64,000 nucleotides of DNA from Dehalococcoidia bacterium (GCA_963668585.1 OY764869.1:1099106-1163105); one strand, 5' to 3'. Counted from the first letter of the stretch, positions 26,508 through 35,920 are shown. Numbers and translations: made by a program. Notes: generated by a model from the sequence alone, not told the origin.

Positions 26508-26851
26508 AGAATCATCCGGCGAGGCTTGGTGGACATCAACTTCACCGCGAGACCTCTCTTGCCGAGTCCCTTCCCTTCCAGTTTGCCAATCACTCCCGCA
26601 ACGGTCGGGGCTGCGACCAACGTCCAATTTGAGGAAATCCCAACCCACTGGTCGGGATACCTACGCGTCAGTTCGGCACGGTGAGCGCTCAAAAAGACCG
26701 TCCTCTTTTTGTACTGGCGCATCTCGTCGCTGAGTGGCGCAACAGCAATGGGCTGCAGGTCGTGAGGACGTTCCTCAACCAGCATCTCGGTGGCTAATTC
26801 CGCCAAAATATTCTCCGGTTCCAGCTGTGCAGGGCAAACTGTGACAGTCAA
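26504..26851 (-). CDS. small hypothetical protein, translationally coupled partner of the second aspartic protease
   Basis: 115-aa ORF containing ...HRAELTRRYPDQWVGISSNWTLVAAPTVAGVIGKLE... Confidence 0.55.
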   Translation of the reverse strand: MTVTVCPAQLEPENILAELATEMLVEERPHDLQPIAVAPLSDEMRQYKKRTVFLSAHRAELTRRYPDQWVGISSNWTLVAAPTVAGVIGKLEGKGLGKRGLAVKLMSTKPRRMIL

Positions 26852-26952
26852 GTCAGGCGCCGAGCAGGTGATTGCCGGCGCCTGGAATACCTGTTGCCAT
26901 TATAACTTGGCGTATGTGTGCCCCGACCATGGGCGCGGGAAGGTCGAACCCG

Positions 26953-27294
26953 CTATTTCAACGGCACTGCCAGCGACACGCGTGGCTCCTCGCCCGTGTT
27001 CCGGATGATGTGCCCGTGCCCGGTCAGGTCCTCGGCCACCAGCACGTCCCCGGGACCAAACTGCCGTTTGTCCCCGCTGGCGACCTCGATTTCCGCGCCG
27101 CCCGACATGAACACCACGTACTGATGCCGCGGCGCGGTGTGGTAGTCCTGCCACCAGCCGGCCGGCCGCTGACCCACCGTGATGTCGCCATCACCAACCT
27201 CGTTGGCAATGTCCGCGAACTGGTCGGCGGTCAACTCCTGGAAATGCGATTCACCGTCGTCGCCGGCGTAAATTCGTACAATCATGCACTGCAT
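26953..27294 (-). CDS. cupin domain protein (paralog 1 of 3)
   Basis: 113-aa ORF containing ...PRHQYVVFMSGGAEIEVASGDKRQFGPGDVLVAEDLTGHGHIIRN... Confidence 0.7.
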   Translation of the reverse strand: MQCMIVRIYAGDDGESHFQELTADQFADIANEVGDGDITVGQRPAGWWQDYHTAPRHQYVVFMSGGAEIEVASGDKRQFGPGDVLVAEDLTGHGHIIRNTGEEPRVSLAVPLK

Positions 27295-27296
27295 CC

Positions 27297-27641
27297 TTAT
27301 TCTTCGGCCAGGGGCACGGCCAGCGAAACCCTGAACTCGTCGCCGATGCTGCGCGCGATGTGACCGTGTCCGGTCAGGTCTTCCGCCACCAGCACGTCGC
27401 CGGGGAACATCCGGACCGTGGTGCCGTCCGCGACCTCAAATTCGGCGATGCCGTTCATGTTCACCACGTACTGCCGGCGCGGCGCGTTGTGGTAGTCGGA
27501 AAAGCTCGGAGATTCCCGCCGGCCCACCGTGATGTCGCCGGGCCCCACGTTGTTCGCGATGTCGGCAAACTGGTCGGGGGTCAGGTTCTCAAAATGGCTT
27601 TCGCCGTCGCTGCCGGTATAAACCCTCACTATCTGTCCCAT
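27297..27641 (-). CDS. cupin domain protein (paralog 2 of 3)
   Basis: The internal ATG at 27639-27641 (MGQIVRVYTGSDGESHFENL...) is colinear with paralog 1. The upstream part of the track ORF is Arg/Gly-rich and unlikely to be coding. Confidence 0.7.
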   Translation of the reverse strand: MGQIVRVYTGSDGESHFENLTPDQFADIANNVGPGDITVGRRESPSFSDYHNAPRRQYVVNMNGIAEFEVADGTTVRMFPGDVLVAEDLTGHGHIARSIGDEFRVSLAVPLAEE

Positions 27642-27682
27642 GAAATGACCTCCTGTGTGGTCGCGCGAATTTTGACAGCGGT

Positions 27683-28021
27683 TCAGCCCGCCAGTGGGAT
27701 GACCGCGGTGAGACTGGGCGCATCGCCAATGACGCGGGTGGTGTGACCCTGCCCCGAGGTGTCCTCCACCAGCCGGGCGTCGCCCGGGCCGTAGCGGAAC
27801 GTGGTCCCGTCGCCCAGGCCGATTTCGATCTCGCCCCGCAGCGATATGATGTACTGCCGTCGGGGCGCCGGATGCCAGTCGATGAAATGGCCCGGCGGCC
27901 ATTCCCGGAACATGATGGATTGCGCGGCCTGCGCTTCGCCCAGTTCAGGGTGCGCGGCCAGGCTGGTCTCCTCGATGTGCGATTGTCCGTCGTCGCCTGC
28001 GTACAGTCGGTAAATAGCCAT
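27683..28021 (-). CDS. cupin domain protein (paralog 3 of 3, more divergent)
   Basis: 112-aa ORF beginning MAIYRLYAGDDGQSHIEE and containing ...PRRQYIISLRGEIEIGLGDGTTFRYGPGDARLVEDTSGQGH... Confidence 0.7.
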   Translation of the reverse strand: MAIYRLYAGDDGQSHIEETSLAAHPELGEAQAAQSIMFREWPPGHFIDWHPAPRRQYIISLRGEIEIGLGDGTTFRYGPGDARLVEDTSGQGHTTRVIGDAPSLTAVIPLAG

Positions 28022-28110
28022 ATTTCACCTGCGGTGTTGGGCTCCAGCCCGAACTGCGGCCATCTTACCGTGCGCTTGCCGGTGCGGCAACACTTGCGCC
28101 GCCGCCACCC

Positions 28111-28212
28111 GGGGCCATTCGATGATCGACGACAGGCAAGGAAGCCCGCCATACAGGGCAAACAACGCACTCCGCTCATCCTGAGCCTGTCGAAGGACGA
28201 GCGGATGGTGGT
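28111..28212 (+). repeat. intergenic palindromic element, copy 8 (core 28172-28204)
   Basis: The L-arm starts ggggccattcgatgatcgac. The core is ccgctcatcctgagcctgtcgaaggacgagcgg. Confidence 0.75.
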
Positions 28213-28227
28213 TGTGTTGTGCGCCGG

Positions 28228-28845
28228 TCAGCTTTTGGCGCGCGCCGACAGCAGTCCCTGTTCGTTCAAATACCCCATGGCGATTTGCGCGCACTCCGAC
28301 GGGGACATCCGGCTGGTGTCAATCGTCAGTTCAGGGTCGGTCGGTTGTTCAAATGGAGAGTCAATGCCGGTGAAGTCCCGAATCTCGCCGGCGCGCGCCC
28401 GGCGGTAGAGACCCTTGGCGTCGCGCCGCTCGCACACTTCCAGCGGAGTGTTGACGAACACCTCGATGAATTTGCCCGCCGGGATGAGGCTGCGCGCGAA
28501 GTCCCGCTCCGACTTGAACGGCGAGATGCACGCGGCCAGCGTCACCAGGCCCGCGTCATACATCAAACCCGCCACCTCGGCCATGCGCCGGACGTTTTCG
28601 TGGCGCGCCGTCTCGTCGAAACCCAGATCGCGATTCAGCCCGTGCCGGAGATTGTCGCCGTCCAGCACGTACACGAAATAACCGCCTTCAAACAGGCATC
28701 GGGCCAGTGAGTTGGCCAGGGTGGTTTTGCCGGCCCCCGACAATCCGGTCAGCCACATCACCAGCGGTTCCTGATGCAGCAGCGCGGTGCGGTCGGCGCG
28801 GTCAATGGAATAATCCTGCCAGAATACATTGGTGGAAGTGGTCAT
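28228..28845 (-). CDS. cysC: adenylyl-sulfate (APS) kinase
   Basis: 205-aa ORF with the P-loop WLTGLSGAGKTT and ...YVLDGDNLRHGLN.DLGF... typical of CysC. Confidence 0.9.
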   Translation of the reverse strand: MTTSTNVFWQDYSIDRADRTALLHQEPLVMWLTGLSGAGKTTLANSLARCLFEGGYFVYVLDGDNLRHGLNRDLGFDETARHENVRRMAEVAGLMYDAGLVTLAACISPFKSERDFARSLIPAGKFIEVFVNTPLEVCERRDAKGLYRRARAGEIRDFTGIDSPFEQPTDPELTIDTSRMSPSECAQIAMGYLNEQGLLSARAKS

Positions 28846-29351
28846 CCGTATATGCTCCGTGGTAATGATGATATAACGCCGTGACTCCGGACTTTACTAT
28901 GTCAGTCAACATCCGCGCCCGCCTCACGCGTGCCAGTTTTTGACGGCGAGGAAACGTCAGAATCAGGATTTTCAAGATTTGGGGAGTATCAGGATTGGAG
29001 TCGTCTGCGGAGGAGCGTACCCGGTCCTGCCGTCCATCGGCTTGTCGGGCCGGCGCAGGGGTGGTACAACCGCAGGGGAAGCACGCCGGCCGGCGCATCC
29101 CTGCCGCCCTGGGGAGGATGGATGCCGCCGACGCCATCCCGGTTGGGAGCGCCGGGTCCGGCCCGTCGCCGCAGAAACGTGAAGCGGAGGTGTCGCTCCC
29201 GCGAAAGCAGGAGCCAAGAAACCGAATGGCGACCAGACTCGGCACGGTGTCTGGTGTGCAAGGTGACCGGGTTCGCGGGAATGACGAAAGGTGAATTGGA
29301 GCTGCAATGATTGCAGACAATGAAACTGGGTACGCGTGAGGAGGTATCGCC

Positions 29352-30506
29352 ATGGCGGAAAGTCCGAACAGCATTGTGCAGGATGCGATTGACGTCGCAA
29401 TCGGAGAGCGCGGAGAAATCGGAGTCCAGGTTGCCGCCTACCTGGACGACCAGTTGGTCATCGACCAGTGGGGCGGCCTCGCCGACGACACCACCGGCCA
29501 GCAGGTCGATGGCGACACCCTGTTCCCGGTGTTTTCCAACATCAAGGCGGTGACGGCCACCGCGCTGCACATCCAGGCGGAACGCGGGCTGGTGGACTAT
29601 TACCAGCCGGTGGCGAAATACTGGCCCGAATTTGGGAAACACGGCAAGGACAAGGGCACCGTCTTCGACGCCCTGACCCACCGCATCGGCGTTCCCCTCA
29701 TGCCGGTGGGCGTAACCCCCGAGTTGATGTGCGACTGGGACTGGATGGTGGGGCAGATCGCGGAGATGCACCCCCTCTTCGAGCCGGGCACCCGCAGCGG
29801 CTACATGGCCTACACCTTCGGCTGGGTGGTGGGCGAGGTCGTGCGCCGCACCGACCCGCAGCAACGGCCCCTGGGCCGGTTCATCCAGCAGGAAATCTGT
29901 GAACCCCTGGGCATCACCGGCCTGTGGGCGGGCATCCCGCCGGAGGTCGAACCCCGGGTGGCCAGGCTCACCAACATGCCGCCGCTTCCGCCCGGCGCTC
30001 CGGGACTGCCCCCGGACTCCCTGCGATTCCGCGCGACTCCGCCCGAAGTCGGCACCACCCAGGAGGTTTTCGGCCGCTCCGATGTGCGCCAGGCCTGCAT
30101 CCCCGGCGCGCAGGGCATCATGAACGCCCGCAGCCAGGCCCGGTTCTATGCCATGCTCGCCAACGGCGGCGAACTGGACGGGGTGCGGCTGCTTTCGGAG
30201 GATCGCGTGCGCACCTTCCACATACCCCGTCCGCCCAGCGATTACGACCCCGTGCATGGCGTGCCGCATCACGGAACCATCGGCGGTTTCCACTTCGCCG
30301 GCAGTCCCGGCATGGGCGCAATGGGCAGCCACCCCCTGGCTTTCGGACACAACGGAGCCGGCGGCTCGCTGGGCTGGGCAGACCCCCGGCATCGGCTGGC
30401 GGTCGCCATCCACCACAACCGCATGGTCCCCCACGGCCCGCCCGCGGAAAGCCCGCTGACACCCATCGGCGCAGCGGTGCGAACCGCCCTGGGCCTACCC
30501 GAGTAA
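29352..30506 (+). CDS. serine hydrolase / beta-lactamase family protein
   Basis: 384-aa ORF with the S-x-x-K motif FSNIKAVT near the N-terminus. A GAGGAGG RBS lies upstream. Confidence 0.8.
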   Translation: MAESPNSIVQDAIDVAIGERGEIGVQVAAYLDDQLVIDQWGGLADDTTGQQVDGDTLFPVFSNIKAVTATALHIQAERGLVDYYQPVAKYWPEFGKHGKDKGTVFDALTHRIGVPLMPVGVTPELMCDWDWMVGQIAEMHPLFEPGTRSGYMAYTFGWVVGEVVRRTDPQQRPLGRFIQQEICEPLGITGLWAGIPPEVEPRVARLTNMPPLPPGAPGLPPDSLRFRATPPEVGTTQEVFGRSDVRQACIPGAQGIMNARSQARFYAMLANGGELDGVRLLSEDRVRTFHIPRPPSDYDPVHGVPHHGTIGGFHFAGSPGMGAMGSHPLAFGHNGAGGSLGWADPRHRLAVAIHHNRMVPHGPPAESPLTPIGAAVRTALGLPE

Positions 30507-30926
30507 CCCCACACCCCGCCCTGTGGCCGCAGTATTCCGCCAACGGCCAGGGCAATCAGTCCGCTCCAGGCCACGGGTTCGTGTTGTGGTATGATTTATG
30601 CCGGCGATTGCGCCCGACGCAGTCACCGGCGCAGTCTTACATGGCTCGGACGGTGAATTCGTGGCGTTGGAAGCGGCGCTCGTCAGCGACGCGGCCGTGC
30701 AGTTGCAGCGCCGCGCAAAACAGGAACGGGTGGAGCGCCGCCGCATGCGTTTCGGGAAAGCTTGCGAGAGAAGAATGGCCGATATGGGCAGGGATCCCCC
30801 GGCTGGTTCCGGGGAATCACGGCACACTCTGCAATGGATCCCGGGTCGCGGCTTCCAACCGGGGCGCCCCCGGCAGACACCTTCGGGTAAGATCCTACAG
30901 TAATCCACGATTTTGAGGTTTGGCAA

Positions 30927-31949
30927 ATGAGTTACAAGGCAGAATACATTTGGATCGACGGTCAGCAGCCCACCGCCAAGATGCGGTCAAAGGCCAAGAT
31001 CGTTCCGGACGGCGAGGACCCGCCCGTCTGGGGATTCGACGGCTCCAGCACCAACCAGGCCCCCGGCGAAAACTCGGACTGCGTGCTGAACCCGGTGCTG
31101 ACGGTCCCGGACCCCATACGCGGCGGCAACCACAAGTTGGTGATGTGCGAAGTGCTGCTCACCGACATGTCGCCCCATCCGTCCAACACCCGCGCCGCCT
31201 GCGCCGCCGCCGCCGCCCAGTACGCCTCGATGGACTTCTGGTTCGGCATCGAGCAGGAGTACACCTTCTTCGACGGCATCAAGCCCCTGGGCTGGCCGGA
31301 CAACGGCTTCCCCGCCCCCCAGGGCGGTTACTACTGCGGCGTCGGCTCCGACGAGGTTTTCGGCCGCCCCGTGGTTGAGCAGCACATGGACGCCTGCCTG
31401 TATGCCGGCCTGGCGTTTTCCGGCATCAACGGCGAGGTAATGCCCGCCCAGTGGGAGTTCCAGATTGGCCCCATCGGCTCTCCGGCCGCCGGCGACCACC
31501 TGTGGCTTGCCCGCTGGCTCCTGTACCGCATCGGCGAGGACGTCCTGACCGTTGACGGACGCCGCGGCATCAGCGCCACCCTGGACCCCAAGCCGGTCAA
31601 GGGCGACTGGAACGGCGCCGGAGCCCACACCAACTTCTCCACCAACCGGATGCGGGAGAACTACGACGCATGCGTCGCCGCCGCACAGGCCCTTGAGACC
31701 CGCCACGACCTGCACATCGCCAACTACGGCGACCGCATCGAAGAGCGTCTCACCGGCCTCCACGAGACCTGCTCCTACCGCGAATTTCGCTATGGCGTGT
31801 CCGACCGGGGCGCCTCGGTTCGCATTCCGTGGCAGGTTGCCCGCGACGGCATGGGTTACATCGAAGACCGGCGTCCCAACGCCAACTGCGACCCCTACAC
31901 CGTGACCCGCCTGATCATCGAAACCGTGGGCGCTGCGGCTTCAGCCTAG
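30927..31949 (+). CDS. glnII: glutamine synthetase, type II
   Basis: 340-aa ORF whose N-terminus MSYKAEYIWIDGQQPTAKMRSKAKIV is characteristic of GSII. It also contains ...FGIEQEYTFF... and ...NGAGAHTNFS... Confidence 0.9.
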   Translation: MSYKAEYIWIDGQQPTAKMRSKAKIVPDGEDPPVWGFDGSSTNQAPGENSDCVLNPVLTVPDPIRGGNHKLVMCEVLLTDMSPHPSNTRAACAAAAAQYASMDFWFGIEQEYTFFDGIKPLGWPDNGFPAPQGGYYCGVGSDEVFGRPVVEQHMDACLYAGLAFSGINGEVMPAQWEFQIGPIGSPAAGDHLWLARWLLYRIGEDVLTVDGRRGISATLDPKPVKGDWNGAGAHTNFSTNRMRENYDACVAAAQALETRHDLHIANYGDRIEERLTGLHETCSYREFRYGVSDRGASVRIPWQVARDGMGYIEDRRPNANCDPYTVTRLIIETVGAAASA

Positions 31950-32151
31950 CGATTCCAGCGTCTCAAAGCGGGACAATAAGCGGCGGAACCGATGGACCGG
32001 TTCCGCCGCTTGCGCATTTGCCAATAGCCGGCAAACCGTTCGCCGGCCGGGTTCGGCAACCCCCGCCAGCAACAGCAATCGCCTTGCCGAGACTTTTCCG
32101 GGTTCCTGCCTGCGCAGGAACGACGTATGGTTTTCAGAGGGTGAACACGCC

Positions 32152-33216
32152 CTAGTCCCAGACCCTCACCAGTTTCTGCATCGAGCGAAGCTCGCGGGGC
32201 GGGTCCATGTGCCGGCCGTAGTCGGTCCAGGACACCTCCGCCACGTAAAGGTCGCCGTTGGAGTCGATGGCGATCCCGTGGGGAGAATAGAACCGGCCGG
32301 ACTGGTCGCCGTAGCTTTCGCGACCCACCCTGGCCAATACCTTGCCCCTGGTATTCATCACCGTTACGCGGGGGCCGAGGTCGGTGCCGATGTCGTTGGT
32401 GCCGATTCCGCAGAAGTATTCGCCGATGTAGATCAGTTCCTCGCCTGAGCGGTCGTCGATGCAGATGGCGGCGGCGCGCGACAGGTTGCCCCACTGCGTC
32501 TCGTACTTCCCGTCGGAACTGAATACCTGGATGCGATGGTTCTCGCGGTCGGCGATGTACACCCAGCCATCGTTGTCCACGATCACGTTGTGAACGATGT
32601 TGAACTGGCCGTCGCCGGTGCCCGATTCGCCCCATGAGAACAGGAGCCTGCCGTCCGGCGTGTACTTGTGGACCCTCGCGTTCGAGTACCCGTCGGCCAC
32701 GTAGAATTCCCCCGTGCGCTTGTCGAAGGCCACGTGGGCCGGCACGCAGAACGGGTCGCCGCTCATGCGGGGACTGGGCTGGTGCGGCGTGCCCATGGTC
32801 ATCAGCAGTTCGCCGTCCGGCGTGAACTTCCGCACCGTGCTGTCGCCGTTGTCCACGCAGAAGACGCTGCCGTCCGGCGCGATGGTCACGCCGTGCGGGT
32901 TGGCAAACACCCCTTCGCCCCAACTGCGCAGCAGGTTGCCCTCCGTGTCGAACACCAGCATCGGTATTGTCCCGCGATTGAACACGTACACCTGGTCATT
33001 GGCATCCACGGCCACGGCGGTGCCTTCCTGGTAAACGCACCCGTCGGGCAGATTGCCCCAGTTCTCGCCGGATACCCGGTAGTGAAAACCGTTCTCTCCG
33101 ATGACAACCGGCCCGACCCGTTCGCCGTCGGCGCCGTGCCCGTCAACGCGCAGGCCGTATTCCCAGTCCTGTTCCTTATCGATGTCCTGATCGATGTCCT
33201 GTTCCCTATCGACCAT
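32152..33216 (-). CDS. NHL-repeat beta-propeller protein
   Basis: The start is the ATG at 33214-33216, with a GAGGAGG RBS. The upstream part of the track ORF covers repeat copy 9. Repeated ...P.GV.I..DG.V.V.D... blades run throughout. Confidence 0.75.
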   Translation of the reverse strand: MVDREQDIDQDIDKEQDWEYGLRVDGHGADGERVGPVVIGENGFHYRVSGENWGNLPDGCVYQEGTAVAVDANDQVYVFNRGTIPMLVFDTEGNLLRSWGEGVFANPHGVTIAPDGSVFCVDNGDSTVRKFTPDGELLMTMGTPHQPSPRMSGDPFCVPAHVAFDKRTGEFYVADGYSNARVHKYTPDGRLLFSWGESGTGDGQFNIVHNVIVDNDGWVYIADRENHRIQVFSSDGKYETQWGNLSRAAAICIDDRSGEELIYIGEYFCGIGTNDIGTDLGPRVTVMNTRGKVLARVGRESYGDQSGRFYSPHGIAIDSNGDLYVAEVSWTDYGRHMDPPRELRSMQKLVRVWD

Positions 33217-33282
33217 ATTCCTGACCTCCTCGAATCCGCGCCGGCTTGGGCCGAGGCATGGTGGAAATATATCACGCGAGAT

Positions 33283-33386
33283 GAGGCAGTCCGCTCGTCC
33301 TTCGACAGGCTCAGGATGAGCGGACGGTGGAGGAGAAGCCGTTCTGGCAGCGGCAACGGCCTTTCGCCAGGATAATCGAATGGCCC
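33283..33386 (+). repeat. intergenic palindromic element, copy 9 (core 33291-33323, flipped core plus R-arm)
   Basis: The core is ccgctcgtccttcgacaggctcaggatgagcgg. The R-arm is gccgttctggcagcggcaacggcctttcgccaggataatcgaatggcc. Confidence 0.8.
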
Positions 33387-33421
33387 TGGGGCCGCGCCGC
33401 GCAGTCGTCAGCGCTCCGGCG

Positions 33422-34999
33422 TCACTGGTCCTGGAAATAAACCTCGGTATCGGGATGGTATTGGAACCACCCGAACCAGAACGACGTGAGGCTGGGAATG
33501 CGCGCAAGTTGACGCGACGAGTCGGCGGCGTTGATCAGTCCTTCCTCGGTAACCGTCCACCGTTCGCCGGCGTTGTCCAGCAACGCGGTGGGCGGCAGGT
33601 TGTCATTGTCGCCATCCGCGGGGCCGAAGGTCAGATCGCCGCGCTCGTAGATGCGGCCGGCGCGGGATTCGGGAGAGGCCACCACCACCACGTTCATGCC
33701 GCCCACGGTGTCGTTGACGATGCGAACGTCCTGCAGGTCGCGCACCGCGTAGGCCTTCGCGGACTCCCCGACGGTGAGGCCGACCACCACCGCCTTGGGG
33801 TCGAAGGTCTCATCGCGCAGCCACACCGGGAACATCACCTGTCCCGACGTGAAGTAGGAGTAGTAGATCGCGCTGGGGTCGTCCTCGGGGACGTAGAACT
33901 CGGCCGGATAAATGCCGGTGTCCTGGGACAGCACCGTGGTGTCGGGGTGTTCGTCCACCCACTCGCCCCAGGTGGTCACCACGGATGGGAAGAAGGGCTG
34001 CCGGATGCCGGAATCGGCCAGCGGCCCGATCACCGGTTCGCCGATGAACTGGTTCCACAGTGACCGGGTGGCCCGGTCGTACATCACCTTGTTGCTGCGG
34101 TATAGCATCCCCGATGTCCCGAACGTGGTGGCTTCTCCGTTGACGATGCCGGAATACACGATTCCGGTGCCGCACAGGGTTCAATACACCAGGGATATTG
34201 GCTCGCCGCCCAGCGTGTCGTTGGCCAGTTCATGGGCGTTCATCACCCGCAGCGGGTAGGCCCGATGCTCGCCGTTTATCGAAACGCCGAACACCCGGTC
34301 ATCGGGCCACAGGTAGGTGGCCTGCTCGGGAAGAATGTACGGCGCGTGTTCCAGCGGAGGAATGCCGTCCAGCCGGACGCCGCCCCATACCACCTCGGTG
34401 AGGTTCACCCTGGAATGTTCGATGCCCGGTTCCAGCAGTGCGGCCATGTCCGGGTCTATCACCGCCAGGGCGTTGACCTTCCAGCGCCCGTAGTCCGAGG
34501 GCGGAGCGAACTCGGCTTCGCGCGCGCCCACCCATTCGCGCCAACGCCGCCGGTCAAAATCAAAGTCCTCTCCGGTGAGTTGCGTGAGGGCATAAACCGC
34601 GCTGCTGGCGACATCCAGGTTGAAGAACTTCATCGCCTCCAGGATCACGTAGGCCTGGGACTTGTCCTTGTGGAATATGGTGTCTTCCAGCCCGAGCAGG
34701 GAGTCGCCGTTGTCGTGCCCCAGTCCGTCCCAGATGCGGTACATGGTGCGGTTGGGGTCATAGGCCGGCTGCGAACCGGCGGGGGCGGTCGCGCCGGGCG
34801 ACGCGCCGGCAGACGTGGGGGTGGCGGCCGGCTCCGTTGACTCTGCAGCCGTGCCCGTCGTGGGCGATGGCGGTGGCGTCAATATGGACGATGCCGCGCG
34901 ATTCTCCGCAGGTTGGCCGCACGACAGCATGGCCGCCACGGCCAGCAGGACGACAACCCACGCGACGCCGCGCCGCGACACTATTTGCGCTGGACCCAT
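33422..34999 (-). CDS. DUF3179 domain lipoprotein with an in-frame TGA (candidate selenocysteine, UxxC) at 34181-34183
   Basis: Track ORFs 34181..34999 and 33422..34159 share a frame. Joined, they read ...EPISLVY[TGA]TLCGTGIVYSG...FGTSGMLYRSNKVMYDRATRSLWNQ, which matches the DUF3179 CPLC region. The lipobox-like N-terminus is ...AVAAMLSCGQ. A hairpin lies at 34149-34167. Confidence 0.7.
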
Positions 35000-35070
35000 C
35001 CCTGCCTCCGGGAACGACTGAACTCTAACCTGGGCCTGTACACAGAGTACGTCCGGCCGGCGGCAGAGGA

Positions 35071-35841
35071 TTAATCGAACTGGTAGGGGTAGATCACCTG
35101 GACGACCCTGCCGTCGCGCAGGGCCTCAAAGTAGCTGTGGGCGCCGCCGGGCTGCTGGAGCCAGCGCCGGACGAAGTAGGCGCAGAAGTTGACCAACTGC
35201 GCGCCCACGCTGGTTGCCGGCGGCGCGACAATCAGGTCGTCGTAGATGGACGGCGACACCGTGTCGGACTCAGCGCTGAGAAACTCGGCCAGCGCCGTCG
35301 ATATCGACGACGATTCCGCGCCGGCCATCAGCAAGGCGTAGTCGCTGACGGTCCACGCCGACTCCATGATGTCGTCGGGGTTCATCTGAGACATCACGTT
35401 CTCGTCAAGGAACATGGTGAGGGCCAGCAGGAACCGGCTGAAGGCCAGGCGTGAAGGGTCGTCGTCGCCGTGCAGGGTACTGCCTTCGGTGGACCGGGCG
35501 TTCACGTAGTCTTCCTTGTTGATGTACGACACCAGCAGGGGGGTTTCCCGCCGTATGAGGATGCTGAGGCAGTCCTGGATGAGTTCGGCGCGCTGTTCGG
35601 GTCGCCAGGCGCGGAAGGGTCCGGTGCCCTGGTAAGCGTGGCGCGGATTGATTTCGGCCGGCACGCCGTCTGTGCCGGGAGGGTTGCCGAAGTGGCGGCG
35701 GACCAGCGCGTCGTACTCTCCGGTCATGGAGATGTACTGGTTTTCCTGGACGAGGAGGCCGGCGTGGATGTGGTGCGGCTGGTTGGGGTCATTGGCGCTG
35801 ACGCCGGTCAGGCCGGATTCGCTCAGAAAAACCAGGTACAT
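35071..35841 (-). CDS. DUF3800 domain protein
   Basis: The start MYLVFLSESG has an AGGAGG RBS. This is the DUF3800-type N-terminus (Y.DESG). Confidence 0.65.
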   Translation of the reverse strand: MYLVFLSESGLTGVSANDPNQPHHIHAGLLVQENQYISMTGEYDALVRRHFGNPPGTDGVPAEINPRHAYQGTGPFRAWRPEQRAELIQDCLSILIRRETPLLVSYINKEDYVNARSTEGSTLHGDDDPSRLAFSRFLLALTMFLDENVMSQMNPDDIMESAWTVSDYALLMAGAESSSISTALAEFLSAESDTVSPSIYDDLIVAPPATSVGAQLVNFCAYFVRRWLQQPGGAHSYFEALRDGRVVQVIYPYQFD

Positions 35842-35920
35842 CGGAAGCCTCCTGGGCCGGGTGCGAATAGCGGCAGGGGCGGGTATCAAACCCGCCCCTG
35901 GTGAATCATAACGGTGATGT

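Noticed and set aside
30665-30728. A glutamine (glnA-type) riboswitch upstream of the glutamine synthetase gene. The candidate reads CGTT-GGAAG-[CGGCGCT...AGCGCCG hairpin]-CGCAAAACAGG-AACG.
   Set aside because: The resemblance to the consensus I remember is only partial. The internal hairpin is longer, the GGAAGUAGG box is incomplete, and the first helix arrangement differs. The region also overlaps a plausible-looking but unsupported 101-aa ORF. An Infernal search with RF01739 is needed.
30598-30903. A 101-aa ORF between the serine hydrolase and glutamine synthetase genes.
   Set aside because: The first half looks protein-like, but the second half is Arg/Gly/Pro-rich. There is no RBS and no recognisable family, so I left it unannotated.
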